64,000 bases of DNA from a virus: IMG/VR virus record IMGVR_UViG_3300045747_000527, positions 96,001 through 160,000 of that record; one strand, 5' to 3'. Made by a program: the position numbers and the translations under genes. The first letter of the stretch is position 1. Each line of letters starts with the position of its first letter. The notes under the pieces were generated by a model that was given only the letters and a program-made list of their open reading frames with translations, had not been told where the DNA came from and did no database searches. Positions 38,834 through 48,077 of the stretch are shown one piece after another.

Positions 38834-39282
38834 CAGCCTTTACCTCCTACTGGGTGAGCACCCTTCTGTGAAGGTCCTCCCCGTGCCAACCCTGGGGACT
38901 TGACGTTGAACGAACCCGTTGTCGGTCTCCACGCCCCGCGGAGAGGGAAACTATCAACTTCTACGTGTGCCGGGGCACGCAGCAGCTTACTGATCTCAGT
39001 TGCCGCGGCTGCGATGTCAGTGGCGTTGATGATGACGTTCCAGCCGTAGACCATCGCCCCGTCCTTGAGGAAGTACTGCTGGCAAATATGTTCGGTCCAC
39101 TCCTTCCGCCCTTGCAGAAGCCTCTCCACCACCTCGCACCACTCTTTCTTGTGCGTGACTCGGCAAAGAAGTCTGATCTGAGTCTTTCCCACCTCAGTCT
39201 TGACCACGTGTACGTAGCCCAGGCCCTCAAGGCTCTCGGTCAGCGTTTCCATGTACTTCTCAGGACTCATGTCATTCCTCAT
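38833..39282 (-). CDS. Hypothetical protein
   Basis: 149 aa, coupled start/stop. Confidence 0.65.
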   Translation of the reverse strand: MRNDMSPEKYMETLTESLEGLGYVHVVKTEVGKTQIRLLCRVTHKKEWCEVVERLLQGRKEWTEHICQQYFLKDGAMVYGWNVIINATDIAAAATEISKLLRAPAHVEVDSFPLRGAWRPTTGSFNVKSPGLARGGPSQKGAHPVGGKG

Positions 39283-40030
39283 CTATGTTGGGGACGATGC
39301 CCGTGTCCACCTTTTGTATGATCTCCCTTAGCTCCGCCATCACACGCTCAATATTGTGGATGACAAGCTCCAAGAGACCCAGTGAGGCGGTGGTACCTGA
39401 CCAAGTAACCAGCTTCATCAACCGGCCCTCATCCTCTACAGTGCGGACTCGGGCCCTAATGCCATTGTACGCCTTCTGGAAGACGCGGAGATCTTCTGTG
39501 TGCTCCGCCAGCTCCAGAACTACGAGCCTCCTTGAGACTCCTTCTTCACCGACAGAATGTGCTGTTCCCGCAGGTGGTTCAAGAGCTGCAACTCCCGCTC
39601 CACTCCCTTGGCTGCCTCCTCCCTCAATGAGGCGCAGAGTTTGGGGTCGGACAGAGCCGTCATGTTCTCCCTCAGCCACGTCAATGTACTCTGAAACGCG
39701 ATCAGGTTGATCCTGGTTTCTTCGATCTCCTGTTGAATGCTCCGTACCGACATCGTCTAGCCTCCGTATGACTGTGTGGGTCTTCCCGATCAAATATAAG
39801 TTGACCAGATGGATCGTTGAATCTCTGCCGTATCTCCGAAACCAAGTCGTCACCAGAGAGACTACCTTCTCTACAGCACCCTCCCGCGGGAAATTGGGGT
39901 TCGACAGGTGCAAGTACTCACCTATGGTTTCCCTGAGGCTATCCTCTGAGGGCATGAGGTTATCCGGCAGACGCCGTAGGCGCTCTACGAGCCCTGGGAT
40001 ACCCTCGACGCTGGTCTCTTGCTCACTCAT
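39272..40030 (-). CDS. Hypothetical protein whose central third is overprinted by another ORF
   Basis: 252 aa; helical ends, low-complexity middle. Confidence 0.5.
   Translation of the reverse strand: MSEQETSVEGIPGLVERLRRLPDNLMPSEDSLRETIGEYLHLSNPNFPREGAVEKVVSLVTTWFRRYGRDSTIHLVNLYLIGKTHTVIRRLDDVGTEHSTGDRRNQDQPDRVSEYIDVAEGEHDGSVRPQTLRLIEGGGSQGSGAGVAALEPPAGTAHSVGEEGVSRRLVVLELAEHTEDLRVFQKAYNGIRARVRTVEDEGRLMKLVTWSGTTASLGLLELVIHNIERVMAELREIIQKVDTGIVPNIDEE
39520..39753 (-). CDS. Nested 77-aa coiled-coil protein (alternate frame)
   Basis: GGAGG RBS 7 nt before the ATG; amphipathic helical sequence. Confidence 0.55.
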   Translation of the reverse strand: MSVRSIQQEIEETRINLIAFQSTLTWLRENMTALSDPKLCASLREEAAKGVERELQLLNHLREQHILSVKKESQGGS

Positions 40031-40374
40031 GCCGCTGGCTTTCTCTTTTCCGCGGCAACTCGACGACGCTCAGTGAAGAACTTCCGGATGGTATCAACCG
40101 TGGTCTCGTAGCAGAACAGCACGCCGCCTGCCTTGACCGATGCGATCACTTGGTGGTCAACCCCGCCGTCGCTGGTGGGCACCTCAAACAACTGCAGCTC
40201 CACCAACTTCTTCAGCGGTGCCTTCTGTGCATTTCCGATCTTGTCTTCACTCATCTTGGCCTCCGTATCCGGGACCAGCTTGAGCTTCCTACACTCGTAG
40301 CAAGCCAGCTCGTCCCCAATCTTCTGTAGCCCTTTCGGGCACACGTGCTCTGAGCACCCTGGGCACCTAGGCAT
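40027..40374 (-). CDS. Small Zn-finger protein
   Basis: CPGC..HVC...CYEC; start reset to MPRCPGC. Confidence 0.55.
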   Translation of the reverse strand: MPRCPGCSEHVCPKGLQKIGDELACYECRKLKLVPDTEAKMSEDKIGNAQKAPLKKLVELQLFEVPTSDGGVDHQVIASVKAGGVLFCYETTVDTIRKFFTERRRVAAEKRKPAA

Positions 40375-40873
40375 TGTAGGACTCCACGTCGCACACGATG
40401 AAGCTGAGATCGTCTCCCTGATACCTAGGCTCAGCATGCAGAATCTTCAAAACGCGGCCGTCCTTCACGTACACGACACGGTCTGGGGTAGAGAACTGTG
40501 CTGCAGCCCCCCGGCCGTGCGGTCCAATGACTTTCACGATCATCTTTCCCAGTGAGGTAAAGCCCACGTAAGCCGAGGTCTCTACCTCCTGCTCTCCTCT
40601 AGTTCGCCACCGCTGGGTGGCCTTTATCCTGGTCTTGCTGAAGCAAGACTCCAGGTCGGGTTCCGTTTCTTTGATCTCTGGTAGCGCGTCCCTTTCCAGG
40701 AGCTCCGCTACTTTCTGCACCACAGCCACGAGCTCCTCCTGAGTCTGCGACCTGTTCATCGCGGCGTCTATCTCAGACAAGTCAGTGCTCTCGCCGCCCC
40801 AGATGCGGCAAAGGGCTACAACGGACTCCGGGATGATCCCACTCTCGATCAATAATCGTGTTGACTCTTTCAT
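40367..40873 (-). CDS. Hypothetical protein
   Basis: 168 aa in the operon. Confidence 0.6.
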   Translation of the reverse strand: MKESTRLLIESGIIPESVVALCRIWGGESTDLSEIDAAMNRSQTQEELVAVVQKVAELLERDALPEIKETEPDLESCFSKTRIKATQRWRTRGEQEVETSAYVGFTSLGKMIVKVIGPHGRGAAAQFSTPDRVVYVKDGRVLKILHAEPRYQGDDLSFIVCDVESYNA

Positions 40874-40882
40874 GACACTCTC

Positions 40883-41428
40883 CTAGCACGAGCCCTTCAG
40901 TAAGAGCTTCACTTCGTGAAACGCTGCCCACCTGTCCTCAGTGCCGCAGACTAGAAAAGCCCGTGCAGGCATCTGGATATCTCGAACTACGCGCATCCCG
41001 AGAAAAGACTCAGTGTTGCCCCCTTGACGTGGCCAGCCCAGCCATTTCCAGAAATCGGACGCGTCGCCCAGCAGTAAGTAAGCGGGCACCCTCTGCCGAC
41101 GCTCCAGGTACACCATCATCCAGGCCACGACAGCTATGGGCTCCACCCCGTCTAAGCCCTGTGACCTCGGATCGAACTCGCGCATGTCACTGCGGCGGAC
41201 AATCTCGTACGGGGACAGATCGCTAATGTCGGGGTCAGACCCTGGCTCGGTCTCCTCCTGAACGTCCAGCCGCTGGTAGACGATAGGCTTGTCCTTTTCC
41301 ACGTGAATGCTGTGGATTGACTTCTGGGCTAGAATGTCTCGGATAGCTCCCAGAATCTCATCCATGGAGACGGGCAGGGGCACCTGCTTGGTGACCAGTT
41401 TTTTACTGTCTTGTCCCAGGCCATCCAT
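40883..41428 (-). CDS. Hypothetical protein
   Basis: 181 aa in the operon. Confidence 0.6.
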   Translation of the reverse strand: MDGLGQDSKKLVTKQVPLPVSMDEILGAIRDILAQKSIHSIHVEKDKPIVYQRLDVQEETEPGSDPDISDLSPYEIVRRSDMREFDPRSQGLDGVEPIAVVAWMMVYLERRQRVPAYLLLGDASDFWKWLGWPRQGGNTESFLGMRVVRDIQMPARAFLVCGTEDRWAAFHEVKLLLKGSC

Positions 41429-41613
41429 CAGAACTGCCCCACCAAATCTCCAGGCTGTTTCTTCTGCTCCGCCAAACGCAACTTCTGCAGCAACTCACAC
41501 ACGACATCCGTGAGGGTAGTCTCCTTACTCTGCGCATACCTCATGGCCCACTCCTTTAGATCTGCATCTATCTTGAGTTCAAGCCTGGCGCGTACAGTAA
41601 TCCCCGAGGACAT
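41428..41613 (-). CDS. Ribbon-helix-helix-like DNA-binding protein
   Basis: RLELKIDADLKEWAMRYAQSKETTLTDVVCELL: strand-helix-helix pattern. Confidence 0.6.
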   Translation of the reverse strand: MSSGITVRARLELKIDADLKEWAMRYAQSKETTLTDVVCELLQKLRLAEQKKQPGDLVGQF

Positions 41614-41615
41614 CG

Positions 41616-41870
41616 CTACTCCTGAACGTGCACTACGCCACTGAGGTACTGCCGTAGCCCCGGAAGACGGAATTTCTGGTCAAGCCACTCAAGGACGTAC
41701 ACGTGCATGGCATTCAGCGTTTCATCATCCGCGACAGCTTTACTGTACTTATTCGTCAGATCAAGCTCCAGCTGCTTCATCATTGGGATGTTCTGAGCGA
41801 TGAACATGGGCAGCCACATCCAACGGACTTCAGCCGTAGCCGTAGCACGGTCAAAAGACACGAGTCTCAC
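41616..41870 (-). CDS. Hypothetical protein
   Basis: 84 aa, coupled. Confidence 0.55.
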   Translation of the reverse strand: MRLVSFDRATATAEVRWMWLPMFIAQNIPMMKQLELDLTNKYSKAVADDETLNAMHVYVLEWLDQKFRLPGLRQYLSGVVHVQE

Positions 41871-42208
41871 TGACTGAACTCCGGCGGGTCTGACCGGTCG
41901 TACGCCAGCATGATGTCGGACAACTGAAGGATGGCATGTCCTTCGGGAATGAACTTCTGGATACCTTGGGCCGTGCCTGTCTTGTCCGCTAGGAACTTGA
42001 CGAACACCACACCCTCGCCGACTTTGATGTCGAACGGCATGCGGGTACGCTGATCTTCTTGCAGGTACTTTCCCAGCCCAACGTCCACTACCTCACCCGT
42101 TCGAAGCACGTGCTCGTGTGCGCCGTCGGGCTTAAAGAGCGTGCCCGACAGAGTCTTGTTGGACTCGGAGTCTAGGCGCACGAGTACAGTGTTGCCAAGC
42201 AGCTGCAT
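41867..42208 (-). CDS. groES: Co-chaperonin GroES/Cpn10
   Basis: MQLLGNTVLVRL...KTLSGTL...GEVVDVGLG...IKVGEGVVF...ILQLSDI. Confidence 0.8.
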   Translation of the reverse strand: MQLLGNTVLVRLDSESNKTLSGTLFKPDGAHEHVLRTGEVVDVGLGKYLQEDQRTRMPFDIKVGEGVVFVKFLADKTGTAQGIQKFIPEGHAILQLSDIMLAYDRSDPPEFSQ

Positions 42209-42531
42209 TAGATGCTTCCAGTAGGAACAGCTTCGCCCATGTCCGACGGGCCCGCCTCAACACCGCTGTTCTGGGACACAGGACTAGTTTTGTCGATCTC
42301 AGTGTCGATCAACTTGTTCAACCAACCCGCCAGTGGGCGCATCTGCATCTCGGCGCCATCTGGCAGCAACCTGTAGAACTGCTTGGTGCCCTTGGCCCGG
42401 AAAACAACGTGGTTTGCCTTTATGCCGGCCGCGTCTACGACGTCTACGGCGACGTAGAGTTCTGCGGGCAGCAACATACCCAGGGTCTTCGATTTGGTCT
42501 CTTCTCTCTTCGGCGACTGCGATACTGGCAT
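42208..42531 (-). CDS. Hypothetical protein
   Basis: 107 aa, coupled to groES. Confidence 0.55.
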   Translation of the reverse strand: MPVSQSPKREETKSKTLGMLLPAELYVAVDVVDAAGIKANHVVFRAKGTKQFYRLLPDGAEMQMRPLAGWLNKLIDTEIDKTSPVSQNSGVEAGPSDMGEAVPTGSI

Positions 42532-42534
42532 TGA

Positions 42535-42861
42535 TCATCCCTCTCTTCCAATCACTACTTCTGTTGGTGCGAACTGCTTCTTCAGCTCGCTCAAATCCTG
42601 GCGATACTTCTGCGTTGTCTCTTGATCTAACAGATACGCGGAGTTCACACTCTCCAGCAAGTCTGCTTCAGCCCTTTGTTTCTTGAACCCCGCCAGGCAC
42701 GCTGGGTGCCCCTGCAACAGCTGATGCAGATTCTCCAGCGCCGCCTCCAGGGGCACAGCTGACGTCTCCAGAAGGATTACCCGCTCTGGGTACGTCACCA
42801 CTGCTGAGTCGTAGAGAGTCGTCTTTGGTATTCGTTTGAAACTCAAGATGAGGCAGTCCAT
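42535..42861 (-). CDS. Hypothetical protein
   Basis: 108 aa, AAGGAG RBS. Confidence 0.55.
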   Translation of the reverse strand: MDCLILSFKRIPKTTLYDSAVVTYPERVILLETSAVPLEAALENLHQLLQGHPACLAGFKKQRAEADLLESVNSAYLLDQETTQKYRQDLSELKKQFAPTEVVIGREG

Positions 42862-43279
42862 CCGTTCTCCTTGTGACCTTGTAGACGATTGGGCCTTCAG
42901 CTCCGCCGGCCAAGTGCAGTGTCATCCTGTTACTGAAGGTCAACTCTTTCAGAATTGATCGTCTAGGGTGAGCCGACTCCGTCACCACGTAATCCACTAT
43001 TGGAAAGGTGGCCAGCAGACCAGCTACCACTCCTGGGGACGCGTCTGTCTCCTCCGGCAGGCCGAGACCCGCTAACGCTGCGATGAATTCTTGCACCCGC
43101 AAAGTGCCCTGTACCCGCATTGGTGCCTCGATCAGAGACATACGACCACCACACCCGTCTGCAACGCACTTACGAACCAACTGCGGAAGTATGGTCAAGA
43201 GCTGCTGAAGCTCCGAGGGCGAACCGAGTACCTTGTACGTGCGGTCACACACCAAGCAGTTGTAATGTACGAAGTCCAT
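42668..43279 (-). CDS. Zn-binding hypothetical protein
   Basis: CLVC and CVADGC; low-complexity tail overlaps the next gene. Confidence 0.55.
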   Translation of the reverse strand: MDFVHYNCLVCDRTYKVLGSPSELQQLLTILPQLVRKCVADGCGGRMSLIEAPMRVQGTLRVQEFIAALAGLGLPEETDASPGVVAGLLATFPIVDYVVTESAHPRRSILKELTFSNRMTLHLAGGAEGPIVYKVTRRTDGLPHLEFQTNTKDDSLRLSSGDVPRAGNPSGDVSCAPGGGAGESASAVAGAPSVPGGVQETKG

Positions 43280-43728
43280 CAGATCTGCTTTCCGTCCTCG
43301 TCGTCATCAGTCACGAAGCGAGGCACACGCGGCCCCGATGCAACGGAGCTGCCCCCGAAAGAAACCTCACCCGGATCGGACTCTGGCTCTACCTCTGGTT
43401 GCGGCATCGCACGTAATTCTGGCTTCATCTTAGGCGTGGGCATGGGCACGGCCCCATCCGAGAGTGCCATGATGGACAGTAACCTTTCGATCACTGATTC
43501 GGGCACCTCCACGCCGTACTCCCGCCCGGCATCGTCACGTACGCGCAATTCCTTGCGACTGGCGAGACCTTTCTCCAGCAGCACAAGCTCGCTGACTCCA
43601 ATGATCTGAATCACAGCTTTCCCCCCATAGTAACAACCGGGGGTGCTGGTGCGGGGGCAGAAGTCATTGAGTTCGCTAGGCGCCCCACGGAGATACCAAT
43701 TGCCCGCATGGTGTTGAGCACAGTACAC
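43279..43728 (-). CDS. Hypothetical protein (true start probably the GTG at IQIIG)
   Basis: Acidic C-terminus; coupled to the downstream gene. Confidence 0.5.
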   Translation of the reverse strand: MYCAQHHAGNWYLRGAPSELNDFCPRTSTPGCYYGGKAVIQIIGVSELVLLEKGLASRKELRVRDDAGREYGVEVPESVIERLLSIMALSDGAVPMPTPKMKPELRAMPQPEVEPESDPGEVSFGGSSVASGPRVPRFVTDDDEDGKQI

Positions 43729-43892
43729 GGATTGATCGTGGATTCTGGCGTCAGACTTCTAGGGTCAAACGCTGGACAAGCCGCGTTGCACTCACGGGTC
43801 TCGTTGATCCAGCAGTACAGCTCACCTGCAGCGCCTGCCTCATGACCGTCTGGGCGCTCTATACTAGGACTGCCTGGAACCTGTGGTGCCAT
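43611..43892 (-). CDS. Cys-rich hypothetical protein
   Basis: YCWINETRECNAACPAF...PC. Confidence 0.55.
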   Translation of the reverse strand: MAPQVPGSPSIERPDGHEAGAAGELYCWINETRECNAACPAFDPRSLTPESTINPCTVLNTMRAIGISVGRLANSMTSAPAPAPPVVTMGGKL

Positions 43893-44241
43893 CTGAGATC
43901 TCCTTTTGAATCGCGTCTACCTCGCTCAGTACTGCGGTACTGGCCGCTGTAACCGCCGCGCGCACAAGGCGTCCGACAATCGCGCTGTCAGTGTCCCGCT
44001 GAATGAGCCCGGCTCTGAACATGGCCCGGCCGATTGGCAGAGATGCCTCTTGGGTCAGCTGAACCAGGAACTGCTGTGCTACCGCAACAGCTACATCCAT
44101 AGCCCCCTGGGCGATCTGAGTCACCATCAGTTCCCGCTCTTTGCCGGCCCAGCCACAGCCGTCACACTTACAGGTGTCGCCCAGAGGGTTGACCCTGCTG
44201 ACTTTTCCTGACCCGCACTGCGGGCATAGCTCAACCCTCAT
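43864..44241 (-). CDS. Zn-ribbon protein
   Basis: CPQC and CDGC; start reset to MRVELC after a GGAG RBS. Confidence 0.6.
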   Translation of the reverse strand: MRVELCPQCGSGKVSRVNPLGDTCKCDGCGWAGKERELMVTQIAQGAMDVAVAVAQQFLVQLTQEASLPIGRAMFRAGLIQRDTDSAIVGRLVRAAVTAASTAVLSEVDAIQKEISDGTTGSRQS

Positions 44242-44641
44242 TGTGTCGTGCTCTCCTTCGTTTGCTACGCATTCCCTGCGCGGAAGTGAGTGGTGCCATG
44301 GGCCGAACCGTGACCGGACCTCGCGCAACCTCTTTACGGAGGTAATCCAACGCGGCTTGATCTTGGGACTGCATCTGCTCTCTCTGGTATGGGAACATGG
44401 CGTATCGGTATTCTGTCCAACTTGCTGTGAGTGCCTTGTCTGCGTCGGTGCGGTCTGGCTGTGCGGTGATGATAAGCGTATTCGCCAGAACCCGTGTTTC
44501 TTGAAACTTGATCTCCTGCTTCATTCGCCAGACCAGCAACATCAGCGACTCCATCGGAGTTCCTGGAGACGGTGGGCCGACCATTTTGTCGTAGGCGAGA
44601 TTCGCCCTAGCCCACCCCAACGGAGTCGCTAGAAGTTTTTT
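44231..44641 (-). CDS. Post-frameshift segment of tail assembly chaperone (gpT-like)
   Basis: Frame is open from the slippery site, has no good RBS and lies -1 to 44629-45555. Confidence 0.65.
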   Translation of the reverse strand, partial: KKLLATPLGWARANLAYDKMVGPPSPGTPMESLMLLVWRMKQEIKFQETRVLANTLIITAQPDRTDADKALTASWTEYRYAMFPYQREQMQSQDQAALDYLRKEVARGPVTVRPMAPLTSAQGMRSKRRRARHNEG

Positions 44642-45555
44642 AGTGCTGCAGTCTGATCACTGAAAAGAGCCTGCACCCGCTTGTCAAACCAGAAGAACTG
44701 AAGCCCAATATCCGCGAGCAGTGACATCGGGTACCGCAGAAGAATCTTGAACTTCCGCAGGAACAATTCTTTGTCGAACTCCTTGTCCTTGTTCAGGTGC
44801 GTGGGCAGCTCCACGTCATTGATCGATACGAGCCCAAGAGTCACGCCCATGAGGCTGAACTTGTCCATCAGGTAGCGATCTGTGCCAGACTCGTCGCCCA
44901 TCAAGTGCTTCACGGCCAGGTCTTCCTCGCCGTTGACGGACCTCACTACGAGGGTCAGCTTGTCCGGGATAACCGGGATAGTCTGCCGAACCTCTCCATG
45001 CACCAGGATATCCGCGATATCCAACGGCACAAGTCGGGACTCGATTGCTTTCCGCCGGGTAGGATTGTTCAACACTGACCACTGGGTGTCGTCACCGAAC
45101 AAGGTCCGCAGTTCGTCGATATTTGAGTCCGACGATTTGGCTGGGTCTGGGGCACCGGCAGACGCCTCCATTGCCGCACGAGCTTGATTCTCTTCGGCCT
45201 CAGCCCGGAACTTCGTGATGGCACTCAGGCCTTCGACGGTCTCCTGTGATAGCTGAGGACGGTACGTACCTGGCTCCGCTGGAGCAACCGGAGGGGCGTG
45301 AGGGCGCACCGGGCGTGGTGCTGGCTGCATAGGTGCCAAGCTAGGGTCGTAGCTGGGGCTCAGTGGGGAAGTGGGGTCCCCCAGAATGCGTGCCTGCTGG
45401 GACATGCTGCCTCCGCCCTCCAAAGGTTCGGCGTCCAATGGGGGCACGCGCACAGGAGGGGCGCCTCCTACTGGCCTACCCTTCGCCTTGACTGACGCCA
45501 GAACCGCACTCGGAGGGGGAGTGAATTGTGTGGTTGATCGTTTATCCATTGTCAA
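44629..45555 (-). CDS. Tail assembly chaperone-like protein (gpG-like)
   Basis: Pro-rich N-terminus; LTLVVRSVNGEEDL...LVSIND..LP; ends on the slippery heptamer. Confidence 0.6.
   Translation of the reverse strand: MTMDKRSTTQFTPPPSAVLASVKAKGRPVGGAPPVRVPPLDAEPLEGGGSMSQQARILGDPTSPLSPSYDPSLAPMQPAPRPVRPHAPPVAPAEPGTYRPQLSQETVEGLSAITKFRAEAEENQARAAMEASAGAPDPAKSSDSNIDELRTLFGDDTQWSVLNNPTRRKAIESRLVPLDIADILVHGEVRQTIPVIPDKLTLVVRSVNGEEDLAVKHLMGDESGTDRYLMDKFSLMGVTLGLVSINDVELPTHLNKDKEFDKELFLRKFKILLRYPMSLLADIGLQFFWFDKRVQALFSDQTAALKNF
44635..44641 (-). other. Programmed -1 frameshift heptamer A-AAA-AAC
   Basis: CTA AAA AAC TTC TAG at the end of the upstream ORF; -1 frame reads KKLLATPLGWARANL. Confidence 0.75.
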
Positions 45556-45833
45556 AATACCTTTGGGAAGCGTGGAATTGGAGCCTTCGCGGAAGGCAAT
45601 CGGGCGTCGCCACGAACAAGAAAAGCGTCCAGAATCTCGTACATAGTGGTTCTGAACACGGCACGATCAATGGACACGTTCAACCCGCGGCTCAGCAGTT
45701 GGATGTGCAAGTCATCCAGTCGGTACTTGAGCCCACGTAGATTCCACAGCTCCTCTAGCTGCTCCTCTCCTAGGAACTGCTTAGGTTCCGGGAGGACTTG
45801 ATCTGCTTCTACTGGCTGTACTGGTTCTCGCAT
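45552..45833 (-). CDS. Hypothetical protein
   Basis: 93 aa, overlaps the start of the next gene. Confidence 0.5.
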   Translation of the reverse strand: MREPVQPVEADQVLPEPKQFLGEEQLEELWNLRGLKYRLDDLHIQLLSRGLNVSIDRAVFRTTMYEILDAFLVRGDARLPSAKAPIPRFPKVF

Positions 45834-45910
45834 CTGTGTATGCCCTAGAGAAAAAGATCAAATCCCTTTCTCTAAATCGTACGTACAGCATACGTACGCT
45901 CAGACGCGAG

Positions 45911-46321
45911 TCAAGCAATTTTCTTTTCGCGGGTGTCCAGCTGCTGGGTAAACCGCTTGTAAATACCTGGAATCGCTGCCGTCCAAGTTGCCTCGGGGAC
46001 GGGCTGATTCAGCCGCGCCAGCAGTACGGCGCTGGTGGACGTCTTGCCTTTCAGTGCTTCGCTGCGGCCGTGTATATACCGAAGGGGTCCAATCAAGGTA
46101 CCGCCGCTTCCCTCGGGCAAAAGGAGGTCTGCTTCGTCAAGCCACGTTTTGAGGGGCACACCAGTTAGGTGCCTAAACACGATCTTAGGGGCTAGCCTGA
46201 TCTGACTGAAATAGTACAGCGTCAGCACTACATCAGGCAGCCCCACCACATCGCTCATCGTCATTTCCGCGGTTAAGTCACCTGCGGCAACTGCCTCATC
46301 GTTGCAGACGATGGTAATCAT
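45911..46321 (-). CDS. Hypothetical protein
   Basis: Start reset to MITIVC (TAATG overlap). Confidence 0.55.
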   Translation of the reverse strand: MITIVCNDEAVAAGDLTAEMTMSDVVGLPDVVLTLYYFSQIRLAPKIVFRHLTGVPLKTWLDEADLLLPEGSGGTLIGPLRYIHGRSEALKGKTSTSAVLLARLNQPVPEATWTAAIPGIYKRFTQQLDTREKKIA

Positions 46322-46554
46322 TACGACGGTACCTGCGTCCAGCCGGTCGGAGGAGTCGGAGCGATCTGTGGCATCTCGATGACCACCATGGTGTTCGTCC
46401 GGCGGCACCTACCACAGAACCCGTAATCTCCGCCTCCTGGGAACTGTTGCAGAATATCGCCCACCTCGTACGCCCGCCATTCCGCGCAGTCCTGAAAGCC
46501 GCAGTGGTTACACTTAATCTTTACGGGTTTGTTGTTCTTTGGCACCGTTCGCAT
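46321..46554 (-). CDS. Zn-ribbon protein
   Basis: CNHC and CGRC. Confidence 0.6.
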   Translation of the reverse strand: MRTVPKNNKPVKIKCNHCGFQDCAEWRAYEVGDILQQFPGGGDYGFCGRCRRTNTMVVIEMPQIAPTPPTGWTQVPS

Positions 46555-46825
46555 GAAGTACTCCTACCATATTCATCGCAGCCTGCAGCTCACCCATGGG
46601 CATGCCGTCTTTAGGTAACGTAGGAAGGTGCGCCTGCTTCTTAACGAGCGAGACTCGCAGAGACTCCCGGTACAGGTCCAGCACAGCGCTGACCAATCGG
46701 GCTGCCTTGTCGTACGCGTTCGTTACGATCTTGTGGCAATCCGCGCAGCAAATCACCTTTTGAAAGGCAAAGATGTCTCCCTGGGACATCAGAGCCTTAC
46801 CGCAGTTCGTACAGGTCAGCTTCAT
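46514..46825 (-). CDS. Zn-finger protein
   Basis: CTNC and CADC; ATGA overlap with the RNase HII stop. Confidence 0.6.
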   Translation of the reverse strand: MKLTCTNCGKALMSQGDIFAFQKVICCADCHKIVTNAYDKAARLVSAVLDLYRESLRVSLVKKQAHLPTLPKDGMPMGELQAAMNMVGVLHANGAKEQQTRKD

Positions 46826-47472
46826 AGGTTCCTCCATCTTAGCTCAAAACCGCGGTGTGCTGCCAAGGTCTCTACGTATTTCCGTCGGTGTACTCCTGGA
46901 ACCGCACCATGCTCCTCGATAGCCACTGAGTGAGCCTCTGTCCCATACCCGTGGTGCCCCTTGGGTCCGCCGAACCCGTACTCTGGGTACTTGCTATGCA
47001 GAAGTTCCATGTGCTCAAGCTGCTCGCACTTCGCCATCACCGATGCTGCAGACACAGCTGGCACCTTGCTGTCAGCCTTTACGATATACTCAGCGGTGAA
47101 CGGACGTCCTAGCCACTCACGCATATCTGCCAGTGCTGAGATTTTTCTGTTCCCGTCCACCACTACCCTGTCCACCATCTGTCTCCGCAATCCCAGGCAC
47201 GCTACGCGCATCATGCCCTCCTGCCACACCTGACCCACTCCATATTGATCTATCTCCTCTACGGAGAAATATGCGGTAGCCCAAAAAGTAGCAGACGCCA
47301 TTACCGAGACGGCTGCAGCGTACTTCTGTTCATCAGTCAACTTCTTAGAGTCTCGGACGCCATCGAGCCGAACACCTTCGGGCAAAATCGCGATACCAAA
47401 CAGAGCAGGCCCAGCCAGTGGACCCATCCCTGCTTCGTCTAGACCAGCCACCAATTTGATCTTTTCAGTCAT
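46822..47472 (-). CDS. rnhB: Ribonuclease HII
   Basis: GLDEAGMGPLAGP, DSKKL, VDGN, KAD...VSAASVMAK, GYGT..H, HR. Confidence 0.92.
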   Translation of the reverse strand: MTEKIKLVAGLDEAGMGPLAGPALFGIAILPEGVRLDGVRDSKKLTDEQKYAAAVSVMASATFWATAYFSVEEIDQYGVGQVWQEGMMRVACLGLRRQMVDRVVVDGNRKISALADMREWLGRPFTAEYIVKADSKVPAVSAASVMAKCEQLEHMELLHSKYPEYGFGGPKGHHGYGTEAHSVAIEEHGAVPGVHRRKYVETLAAHRGFELRWRNL

Positions 47473-47557
47473 GCAAAATCCTCTCAATTGCAGGGTATAA
47501 GTCTTTTGATCAGGTCCACTACATTTCACTCAGGGACCAAAACAAACAAGGAGCACC

Positions 47558-48040
47558 ATGCCGCCCAAAATCAGCGCACACACAGGAATCGTCGTAGGGT
47601 ACACCACACGCATTTTCTCGGCAGAGAACATGGCAGTGAACCCTCTTGAAACGCGCGTACTGAAGGCACACGTAGGAGGCTACGTCCAGGTTTGGCTGAA
47701 CGGAAGCCTTGCGTTCGCCAAGTGCCACCCAAAGATCGCTCACGTGGCCCTGCCAGATCAGCGCAGGCCTACGCTGGACGAGGTGATGCACGTCATGCGC
47801 GCGATACAGAATGAGTACCCAGAGGGCTCCCGAGTCGAGCTGTCCAGGCAAAGCAGCAGGGCAAGAGACGGCCGCTACGAAGTCAGGGGTGTGATGGAGG
47901 TTAACCACACGCCCCAGGCAACTGAGGCTCAGACGCAGACACAGCAAACCGCCGTATCTACGTCTGAGCTATCGGACGGAAGTCCCTGGGCTGGGGAAGA
48001 CCACGAAGCCGTTGCTTCAGCAGAGCAGCACATCGACTAG
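47558..48040 (+). CDS. Hypothetical protein
   Basis: 160 aa, AAGGAG RBS, followed by a terminator. Confidence 0.6.
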   Translation: MPPKISAHTGIVVGYTTRIFSAENMAVNPLETRVLKAHVGGYVQVWLNGSLAFAKCHPKIAHVALPDQRRPTLDEVMHVMRAIQNEYPEGSRVELSRQSSRARDGRYEVRGVMEVNHTPQATEAQTQTQQTAVSTSELSDGSPWAGEDHEAVASAEQHID

Positions 48041-48043
48041 GTT

Positions 48044-48073
48044 AAGAAAGGGCGGCGCACACCGCCCTTTCTT
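48044..48073. terminator. Bidirectional intrinsic terminator
   Basis: aagaaagggcgg-cgcaca-ccgccctttctt between convergent genes. Confidence 0.75.
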
Positions 48074-48077
48074 TCGC

